A stretch of 64,000 nucleotides of DNA, taken from contig CM119269.1 in assembly GCA_051294375.1 (NCBI GenBank), forward strand, positions 22,927,808 to 22,991,807, written 5' to 3'. The position numbers were made by a program, and so were the translations under genes. The notes beneath the pieces were generated by a model. That model was not told the DNA's origin. It searched no databases and saw only the letters and a list, made by a program, of their open reading frames with translations. Positions 54,428-64,000 of this stretch are shown piece by piece. Origin of the DNA: Paraspadella gotoi (Eukaryota; Animalia; Chaetognatha). The stretch's first letter is position 1. The number at the start of each line of letters is the position of its first letter.

Positions 54428-54747
54428 GGCTTCATCCAATGAGTCACAGGGTCTTGTCCGAAGGCTTCATCCAATGAGTCACAGGGTCTTGTCCGAAGGC
54501 TTCATCCAATGAGTCACAGGGTCTTGTCCAAAGGCTTCATCCAATGAGTCACAGGGTCTTGTCCAAAGGCTTCATCCAATGAGTCACAGGGTCTTGTCCA
54601 AAGGCTTCATCCAATGAGTCACAGGGTCTTGTCCAAAGGCTTCATCCAATGAGTCACAGGGTCTTGTCCAAAGGCTTCATCCAATGAGTCACAGGGTCTT
54701 GTCCAAAGGCTTCATCCAATGAGTCACAGGGTCTTGTCCAAAGGCTT
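54428..54747 (+). repeat. 35-bp minisatellite x9 (GGCTTCATCCAATGAGTCACAGGGTCTTGTCC(G/A)AA)
   Basis: Nine near-identical head-to-tail units with no spacers. Confidence 0.97.
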
Positions 54748-55044
54748 CTCGTTCGAGTCGCATTCTCTTTCTTCTATTCAATTTTAATGAGGAAGACTAA
54801 TCGTAAAATGGAGTCGTCCTTTTATACAATTGAAACATTCTTTAAAGTATTATATCACTTCATTGGAAAGCCGGGTACTCTGGGAGTGAATTCACGAGGC
54901 TGTGAGAGAGTCTTGATTGAAAGCTTGCCATTGTCATTATTTTGTAAGAGTCTGGGACGAATATCTTATTTATTAAATTAATAGATAATTTTATATTGCT
55001 TGTATCAATTATATAATATCACAAACAATTGAAAAATAATTGAT

Positions 55045-55135
55045 TAATATTCCCGTCAGACTTAACTGCTTGGGAGACCATGTGGCTAAAACCACGAACC
55101 TTTAGGTTAGTAGACGATTGGTTTTTCCTACGGCT
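55045..55135 (-). mobile_element. Degenerate tRNA-derived SINE head
   Basis: Minus strand reads cgtctactaacctaaaggttcgtggttttagcc, resembling an anticodon arm plus a decayed B-box. Confidence 0.3.
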
Positions 55136-55285
55136 GAAATGACAGTTCTCAACGCTTGGAGAATTTTTAATCTACCATAATATAAATCTTTATTTTCCCA
55201 TTTTTATCTTTAACTTATTCTTTATTCAAAACTTAATTCCCTTTATTCCATAAGGGAGAGACGACATCTTGAAAATTTGAAGTCT

Positions 55286-55350
<65 letters not shown>

Positions 55351-55416
55351 TCTCTCTTTCTCGATTCAAGTTTATTGCAAATTCGCAAGTCCCTCTGGGG
55401 GCAGAATTCGGCCTAA

Positions 55417-55689
55417 GGAAAAGCTGATTACTGAAATGGGGTAAAAGCATCCCGCTCAACTCCAGCACAGCGTTTCTGCTGGGGAAAAGCTGATTACTGA
55501 AATGGGGTAAAAGCATCCCGCTCAACTCCAGCACAGCGTTTCTGCTGGGGAAAAGCTGATTACTGAAATGGGGTAAAAGCATCCCGCTCAACTCCAGCAC
55601 AGCGTTTCTGCTGGGGAAAAGCTGATTACTGAAATGGGGTAAAAGCATCCCGCTCAACTCCAGCACTGCGTTTCTGCTGGGGAAAAGCT
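55417..55689 (+). repeat. 66-bp minisatellite x4
   Basis: GGAAAAGCTGATTACTGAAATGGGGTAAAAGCATCCCGCTCAACTCCAGCACAGCGTTTCTGCTGG repeated. Confidence 0.96.
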
Positions 55690-55960
55690 CTCTGATTGTA
55701 GGGAGCAAAGCTGGGGTGGGTGTTTCTGAGCTGTTGTAAGAGCTGAAAAAGAGCTGGGTAAAATAACGGTGTGTGGCGGTTTTATGTAATAAACTATTTA
55801 GGCAGTGAAAGAATCTTTATTGAAAGCTTGCTGATTATTTTATAAAAGATACCGTATTTGACTTGACACGCCATTGTCTGTCCAAAGTCAGGGGAAAGAT
55901 AGCTTATTTATTAAATGAATGGATAATTTTTATATTGGTTGTACCAATTCCATATAAAGA

Positions 55961-55997
<37 letters not shown>

Positions 55998-56299
55998 AAA
56001 ATCGAAGACGTCAGCTTTACATCCAGACAGATGGATGAGTTCTGAGGAGCAGGAAAGAATTCCGAGAGTAAGATTTTAAGATTTGAGATTTGAGATTTGG
56101 GATTTGGGAGTTGGGATTTGGGATTTAAATCTTCTTTAAATATTTAACAATATTTTTAATTAGAGTGAGAATTTAAATTATGTATATATTATATATATTA
56201 TAATTATATTTTATTAAAGTGCTATTTTTAAGAGGAAAAGCTTTTGAATCGATTTTTAAAATACAAGTTGAGAAAGGAGAAATGAAGAGAATTTGAAAA

Positions 56300-56333
<34 letters not shown>

Positions 56334-56521
56334 NNNNNNNNNNNNNNNNNNNNNNNNNNNNNNNNNNNNNNNNNNNNNNNNNNNNNNNNNNNNNNNNNNN
56401 NNNNNNNNNNNNNNNNNNNNNNNNNNNNNNNNNNNNNNNNNNNNNNNNNNNNNNNNNNNNNNNNNNNNNNNNNNNNNNNNNNNNNNNNNNNNNNNNNNNN
56501 NNNNNNNNNNNNNNNNNNNNN

Positions 56522-56556
<35 letters not shown>

Positions 56557-57236
56557 TTGGTCATGAAAGTGAATGACTTTGGCCAAAAAAATGGAGAACT
56601 AAGAGCAACAATCGACCGCAAAAAGTGAAAAGAAAAAATTCAATCCTTTTTTCACAATAAAATTATTATTTTAAAGTTTCTCAATATTGTTCATCTATTT
56701 TAAATGTAATATAATTATTTTTGATACTACTTTTCTCATTCTTTAAAGCTTTACTATTGAATTTGGGTAGGGATAACAAATAGGTTGTGAAGAATAAAGT
56801 TTGCGATGCTACTTTGTTTCTCGAATCGGGAAGTCCTGCCATCTGATGAGCAAAGAGGAAAAGCTCAGAACTTCGATTGTCTTTTGTTTAACTTATGAAA
56901 CGTCAATTCTGATAAGTATAGAATTATCGTTCTTAAAAAATATGAGAATAAAAAAATAATCAAAAATAAAGATATATAGAGAAATTTCATTTTTGTTGTC
57001 ACAAGTAACTAAATATTTCCCAGGTAGTCCTTAAAAACTCTACTACTAAGGTTAACATTAAAAATATTTGAACAACTACTACAACAAAAACAAAAACAAC
57101 AACAACAACAACTACAACAGCTCATCTTTTCTTCAACTCAGAAATCCTTTCAGGCAAAAACCATAAATCAAATATTTTTTCTTTTCTTTTGCTCGAATCT
57201 CTGATGTAACATTAATTTTCGTTTCCTTTTCACTCT

Positions 57237-57269
<33 letters not shown>

Positions 57270-57459
57270 NNNNNNNNNNNNNNNNNNNNNNNNNNNNNNN
57301 NNNNNNNNNNNNNNNNNNNNNNNNNNNNNNNNNNNNNNNNNNNNNNNNNNNNNNNNNNNNNNNNNNNNNNNNNNNNNNNNNNNNNNNNNNNNNNNNNNNN
57401 NNNNNNNNNNNNNNNTCTTTCTCTCTCGCTCTCTGTCTCTTACTCTCTCTCTCTCGCTT

Positions 57460-57527
57460 TTAGCCGTTTTTATGATGTTGACTCGACGGAACTGATGTGA
57501 CTTTTGTAGGAAATGTGAAGTCAATGA

Positions 57528-57565
<38 letters not shown>

Positions 57566-57795
57566 CACTTTTTAAAATCTTTTCCTTTTCATTATTTTTG
57601 ACAAAATCCTTGTATTATAAGTACCCCACTGCCACTTATTTAATATCTCATATCATTACTATTAAGTTTACCATTTTATTTATAATTATATGATATTTTT
57701 GTTGATCAACTGCAAAAGAAAAATTAAAAACCAGAAAAAAACTTGTAAGAACTTCTTGACAGACACCGAGAAAGATAAAAAAAAGAGAGAGAGAG
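57460..57795 (+). repeat. Segment re-copied (noisily) at ~62290-62700
   Basis: tatgatgttgactcgacg..gtaggaaatgtgaagtcaatgagacg is present at both positions. Confidence 0.88.
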
Positions 57796-57899
57796 AACTA
57801 AAGAAGCAATATAAAACTAACAAAACTTTAAAACCATCGAACTTTAAACTTTGTATTGAGAAAGAGCGAAATGAACGAAAGTCAAAGTGATTGTACTAG

Positions 57900-60450
57900 C
57901 GCGTGTTGGGATAAGAATGACGCGTTGCAGGGTCCATAAGAGTAAAAACGCATCAATGAAGGTTGTGTGGTTGCTGAAAGGATTGGGACGTGGCGCTGTC
58001 CGTTCAAATCCACAGGGTCCGCGAGCGGTCGCCTGTTCCTGACGAGTCGTCAGGAAGGTATAGGACTCAGTTGTTTTTAATTTTCTTTACATTAAATAAT
58101 TTAGATATTCTATATTTAAATATCGTAGTTTCTTTTTGAGCCAAGATCTAAAAAGGTGGGCCGCATTCGCTGGGCAAAACAAGAATATTGATTTCTATAC
58201 AGATCGGCCTATCCCAGAAGAAAGAGAACAATTTGTTCGCCAGGATATTCCGCGGGCAAATCCCCCCAATCGACATCCTGTCTGTCCAAGTCGGCGCAAA
58301 TCTCGGCAATCGGCCAGTTGAGTCCCTTGTCTGCCAAAGATGCGCCGCGAAAATAAAAAAAATATGGGCGTGGGACACAGTCGCCATTGTAGATGCCAGC
58401 CTTGAGCATCGGTGAGTGGCAATTCGGCGGAAGGCGAGATACTCTTATATCATGTTAGTTTTAATTATTTTAAAAGCTTATTAACAAATACTTTATTGCA
58501 GCACTCGTTCCAAGCGCATGTGCGTTCCTCGAATTTATCTTTCCTGGTGATATTATTATCAGAGAGCAAAGAAGGACAGAGGTTTCTTCATAGACGAGAC
58601 ACCCTGCAACCGTTCGCAAAGGACAACTTACATAGTCACTTGGCGGGCGGGCATTTATTTACAACCATCTTCAGTGATGCGCCACCCTCATGCTTCGCGG
58701 ACGGGTCAAGTTCCACGAAAGCCTGTATCGAAAATTTCTACTGGTTGACGTTCGGGCTGAGCACATTACGAGTGGCTAAAGGAGAATGGCGATTCTCCAC
58801 TAAAAGACTTCGTTGCTCTTGCCGGTTCATGTAGATGGGCTGCCTGGTCCATTATAGACAACCTTCATATTACTATTTCGGTTCGTATTTAAGAGATCCA
58901 TTACCAGGGGATATCGTATATTTAGATTTACACAAATACAAATTTCTAACTTTAACTTCGATGTATTCTTGTGTTCTTTTGATGTTCGTTATTTTATTTT
59001 GACTTTTTTATTTTTGTGGGTTTTCGAATTTTAAATAAAAAATTTTAAAAAAAAATTAAACTTTAAAATTGAGTTAATGATTTTCAGAAATACTACGGCA
59101 GTTATGATTATAAAATTACGCTCGAATGACTCCGAGTTCAGGTACAGGGGCGATATTCACAGATGGTGACCACGAATAGTTCCCCGTTCCAGCGATCGAC
59201 TGTTTACGTGGTGCAAAGTCGAATTCTTGGACGACGAGCGAATCTTCAAATGTTGTTATTTTCGTGAATATTAAGTCGCTTTTTTTATTTTTACAATTTT
59301 AATGTTTAAGTCATTGATTGGAAATTTTTCATCGAGGTTCGGGTCCGATATTACGCGGTGTTAAGTGGACATGTTTCCCGAGAATTCTCACTTTATTCAG
59401 GCTCGTCTTCCGGAAAGACACGGACTCAAGATCGTTCTTAAGTCTGTGACCGATTCCGAGATTTTGAGCTCCCAGTCGAAGAAACCGCAGACGCACCGTT
59501 TTTATGGGAGACGCTTTTCGTAATACAAAGAACCCACCGCGCGAAAAAGGCGCGCTTTAGTAGACGACAGGCTTTGTACGACGGTAAGGTCCAACGGCTA
59601 AGGTATATTTATTAAAACTTTTCTGAATTTATTTCCGTGGGTAAATTTGTAATATGCATTAGGTTTCCGAATATAACCGCCATTAGGTACTGCTCCATAC
59701 ACGACGCCGTTTCTCGGAATTTCGAACCCATTAGTACTATCATGGCCGCGACATCAGAAGGTTCGGGGCCGCTCACACTTTCTACTCGCTCAACCTGCGG
59801 CGTTTCTGTGTGCTCGCTAAGACAATTTTATCTAGGACAGCCGGTGACAATCGCGTACGTCAACTAATACCGTTTTTCTTTGTCGAGCGTTGAATTGGGC
59901 CGGCGTTTCGTCACAATTCGACGAAGCTTAAAGGCAATTTTCTTGCCTGGCACTAAACAAACAGCGAAAATATCTTAACAAATAGGGTCCGATTTTTTAA
60001 ACAGCCAAATATCGCAAGTTATTTGATTGGGAGTATTATTCGGTCAAAAATGTTGTTTATTAGCCGCATTAATTATGCTTAATCTTACATTTGTTTTGTT
60101 TAAAAACCTCGACAGTCAAATAAACGGGACGCTTAAAAGATTATGCCGACTTACTCGACTAAAAATGATATAAAATATATTTGCCTTCTTTTTGTAAATT
60201 TTAATTGTAATGTCAGACCTCAACCTCGAAGCATGTACTATGTACCACGCGTTTCGATCCTTCGTATCGTCGCAGTAGCCAAACCGTGATCTCACCCCGT
60301 GAGAATTGGGATAAAAAATCTTACCGGAGGTGTACAACGAATCGAACTCACGGTTGGTGCCATTTTATAAAACGAACCAATGGGGAGCGAGAAATGAAGA
60401 AGGCTCCAGTGTTGTTGAACGATATTGAGATGGCCCTCCCGATTCCAGAA
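57900..60450 (+). CDS. Mutator-like (MULE) DDE transposase with SWIM-like and PHD-like fingers; multi-exon, 5'-truncated, frameshifted
   Basis: GC-richer exons separated by short AT-rich GT-AG introns (approx. exons 57900-58057, 58129-58453, 58502-58915, 59088-59263, 59337-59602, 59663-60050, 60217-60450). Motifs: GQIPPIDIL..LSAKD, SFLVILLS, GFFIDETPCNRS (D at 58593), ATLMLRG..SLYRKFL, VHVDG (D at 58834), KWTCFPR..TDS..SF, YSLNLRRF/VCS..FYLGQP, RRC..RTHGWC. Confidence 0.65.
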
Positions 60451-60579
60451 CTTCAGTTTTATAAATACGAACTTTTTAATGATAATACTATTATTTAATT
60501 AGTTTAGATTTTTGCTGGGTGTATTATACCCAAAGTTAATAATAGAAGAAACTTTTAAATAATTAAATTATTAGTAGTT

Positions 60580-61950
60580 ATATTGTTCAAACGGTCGTTT
60601 GTCAAACTCGCCTTCTGATTGGTTGAGATTCAACCGACCAAAAACTTCGCTTTCTTGTGTTTCAGTTTTTTATAAAGCCCCCCCACCGATCAGGTTCGAT
60701 CGGTTGGTACGGACTCGGTAAATTTTTTCTGAGGATCGCCCGTTACAAACGTTAATTGTAGTAAGATTTGTCTGATATACATATTTTTATAATAGAAACT
60801 TAAATAATAATAAAAATTATTGGTATTTATTGTTTCAGAACGGCCGTTATTTGTCCCAAACTCGGCTTCTGATTGGTTTTAGAAAGTCAAGCCGAGACAA
60901 ATACCTGTCGCGTTTCATTGGGTCCATTTTAGGCCAGTCCACCGATCAGGAGTCGATCGCTTGACTACGACCTCGGTAGATCTTTTTCTGAGATCGCCCG
61001 TTAGAAGCTGAATTCTGCGAATGAACACAAAAGTGCAAGTGTAATTCGACAAGCGAACCTGTAGACGAATAGAGAAGGGATATCTGGCTTAATGGAAAAA
61101 ATATATGGCCCAAAAAAATTAAATTTTCTCAGGAACGATTTCAAATTCTATACGAAGCAAAAAAAATATATTTATAAATTAGAAGGAGATCTGTGGTCTA
61201 GAAGAAACAATAAGTCTCAAGTTTTTCAAAATTTTCCCAGGCGGAAAACTTATGTTACTTTTCTTTGTGTATTTTGGCTTCCGGCCAAAAGAGAGAGAGA
61301 GAGATGGAGAGAGAGGAGTGAAGTGAAAAGAATCTCTTTTTTCTACTAATTTTTTTCTGGAACCGGAAGTGAAAAGAGCGAAGTTTAGACGGCGAAAATG
61401 TTGTACAACTCAGGTCTGGAGAATTTCAAATTTCACAGTCAGACCACTACAGGAACTAAAGGAATAACATTATAACTAACTACTTCCTACAAATTCTTTC
61501 TCTGGGAAACCGAGAGGACGAAAGAGTCGACAAGGTTTTAGCCGGACTAATTTGACAAACTCGAGCAAGGAGAATGTTCGAAATCTTCTCACATCACACA
61601 TCATAAAGAATCTTCGAAGGAAGAATAACATTATAACTAACCTAACTACTCTCCGATCTAAATTTTTTTCTGGAACCGGACTGAGTGAAGGGGGCGAAGG
61701 TAGAACCGGAAAATTTCCGAACCAATAAGGTCAAGGTAGAATTCGACACATTCTCACAGAGTCAGACCACATAAAGGAATTAAAGGATTAACAGTCATGA
61801 ACTACACTACTTCCACAACAATTTTTTCCTGTGAACCCGGAGTCGCGGCTACTGGCAACTTCTGCCGGAAACATTTTCAACATCTGGTCAAGAAAGGAGA
61901 ATTTCGAAACCATCTCCACGGCACCACCCCACTTAACCCCTTAACCCAGC
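60580..61950 (+). repeat. Subterminal repeat arrays 3' of the MULE gene (2 x ~255 bp; ~4 x ~160 bp)
   Basis: aaactcg.cttctgattggtt..caccgatcagg..gatcgcccgtta at ~60604 and ~60858. aattttttctggaaccgga..ggagaatttc..gtcagaccac..ggaataacattataactaac recurs over 61345-61910. Confidence 0.75.
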
Positions 61951-63082
61951 CTTCACGCGGACACCCACCATGGTCTACTATTACCAACGCTCCAGCCGCA
62001 CTAATACACTACTACATATTTCACTGGTCAGATTTCTGCAGTCTAAAAAAGTTATGTTGATTAGTCCTGCCCTTATATCGACTACTGAGCCGGCCGCGAA
62101 AAACCGGGGCTTTCCGCCGAAACCAAGATGTACGGTTCCCATAGGCGTCTAGACACGGAACGGTGCGGCAGGCGTCTGCAGCAGCGGCGAGGATCACGAA
62201 TTTTGACTGTTGCATGAAACGGCAGCAGCAGAGTCAGCGGGCTTTTTCTTCGCTCCCTCTCTTCACGTTGCTAAAGGGGATAGCTTGTATTAGCGTTTTA
62301 TGATGTTGACTCGACGACACTATGTGACTACTTTGTAGGAAATGTGAAGTCAATGAGACGACCGACGAACGACGACGACGGACGACGACGACGACGACGG
62401 ACGAACGGACTGCACGACGCCGAGACCTTATTTTAGAATCTTTGTCCTTGGTTCCGATCTATTTTTTTGACCAAATCTTTTGTATTATAATACTTTACTG
62501 CCACTTATATTTCACATAATATCATCATCCTATCTACTTTAAGACAGTATATTTACCCATTTTATTTTAGAACTGTATGATATACCTATTTTTGCTTGAA
62601 ATCAACTGCAATAAAGAAAAAATTCAAAAAGACCAGAAAATAAAACTTGTAAGATAACTTGCTTGACACACCCGAGAAAGATTAAAAACAAAGCACAGAG
62701 ACGATGAGGCAGAAATAAAGATGACTGGAGAGAGACGAGAGAGACACGAGAGATGAGACGAGGAGCGAGGCAGTGAGAGAGAGAGAGAGAGAGAAGTCAG
62801 TAAAATTACAATCTATTTTTACATTCACAGATGCATTGACGTGGGATAAATATTTTGATAAGACTCAAATACTCTCTCTCTCTCTCTCATCATCTCTCCT
62901 CTCTCTCTCTCTCTCTACTTCTCTGTCATTTTCTCGCCTTAATTCATGTGTTGTCCATTTCTGGTTCCTGCTTTCTCTCTCCTCATCCTTTGACCCTTGG
63001 CTTCCGCCCTCTCTCCACATCTCTCCTCTCTCTCTTCTCTCTCATCTCTCTCTCTCGNNNNNNNNNNNNNNNNNNNNNNNNN

Positions 63083-63117
<35 letters not shown>

Positions 63118-63619
63118 TCCCTTCACACATCTATCCACGATTTTTTTCCTATTTCCTTTCTCCTCATTTTCCTCCGGTTTCTCTTCTCTTCTCTTTTCTT
63201 TTCTCTTCTCTTTTCTTTTCTTTTATCTTTATTTTCTCTTTTCTTTTCTTTTATCTTTATTTTCTCTTTACTTTTCTTTTCTTTTATCTTTATTTTCTCT
63301 TTTCTTTTCTTTTATCTTTCTTTTTTTTCTCACTTGTCTATTCTTTTCTTTTTCTTTCTTCTCTTTCTCCTTCTCTCTCATTTTTTTTATCTTTTTTCCT
63401 TCTCTTTCTCATCAATTATTCTTTTCTTTTTTTTCTACCTCTTCTTTCCTCCTCTTTCCTCTTTCTTTTTTTTTCCTTTTCTCTCTTCTTTTCTTCTCTT
63501 TCCTCTCTTCTTTTCTTTTCTTTCCTCACTCCTCCCTGCGCCCTCTTTTTCCTCTGACCCTAAGTGAATTTCGTCTTCTTGTGGATACAATGAGACTGAA
63601 AACCAATTTCCGCCTCTTC

Positions 63620-63715
63620 TCTTCTTTTTCTTTTCTTTTCTTTTCTTTTCTTTTCTTTTCTTTTCTTTTCTTTTCTTTTCTTTTCTTTTCTTTTCTTTTC
63701 TTTTCTTTTCTTTTC
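63620..63715 (+). repeat. (TTTTC)n microsatellite (one of dozens of simple repeats, mostly (GA)n/(TC)n)
   Basis: Perfect pentanucleotide run. Confidence 0.97.
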
Positions 63716-64000
63716 TCCACTTTGCCTTCCTCTTTTTTCCCTCTATTTTCAACTCATTTCTTCATTTTATGCGATTTTAATTCCTTTTAATTCGACGCAA
63801 ATGGATTTTTTCCCTTTTTTTTCCTTTTTAGTTTCGCCCAATTATTTTTCCATTAAATTCTTTTCTCTCTTTCCGTCTCTTTAAAGTTAATGTATGCATA
63901 CTTATATTTTTATTTATTTAATATTTACAATTGAAACGTTTTCTGAAATATTTTATCACTTTATTGATAGGGAAGCCAGGTTCTCTGGGTGTGAATAACC

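Noticed and set aside
54428-55689. CRISPR arrays (35-bp and 66-bp repeats)
   Set aside because: Head-to-tail units with no unique spacers, no cas genes, and a eukaryotic context.
56843-56872. Hammerhead core CTGATGA (also 45662 and the hairpin at 58037-58056)
   Set aside because: No stem II closed directly by GAAA and no stem I/III pairing.
62773-63790. Long F/L/S-rich or E/R/K-rich ORFs here and throughout the window
   Set aside because: Pyrimidine/purine simple-sequence tracts that lack stop codons by composition.

Overview
This is AT-rich animal (eukaryotic) genomic DNA full of (GA)n, (GAT)n and (GAC)n microsatellites. Almost all of the supplied ORFs are low-complexity artefacts. The assembly is rough: there are five gaps of exactly 25 N, stretches of indel-ridden long-read-quality sequence, and about 20 kb (17.5-39.9 kb) of direct and inverted re-copies of the same blocks, including a ~10.7-kb palindrome. 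Two GC-richer, frameshifted islands hold genes that the ORF track misses. (1) 47.5-54.0 kb is a DNA element with GGCGA-NN-TCGCC palindromes, ~1.9 kb of structured (CCCTAA)-type telomere-motif arrays and nested subterminal repeats. It carries an intronless C2H2-finger + tyrosine-recombinase gene (motifs TNAKRLGNL, NIRP, ITTLRR, LAQALG-H) and sits inside the TTAGGG-like tract of a MITE. (2) 57.9-62.3 kb is an intron-containing Mutator-like (MULE) DDE transposase with SWIM-like and PHD-like fingers and repeat-built 3' subterminal DNA. Also present are a TIR/MITE family with telomere-like cores, a dispersed ~170-bp repeat that opens with a hammerhead-like motif, a LINE endonuclease fragment, SINE-like relics, several minisatellites and two candidate host exons. 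All protein calls are by-eye motif recognition across frameshifts; no database search was run.
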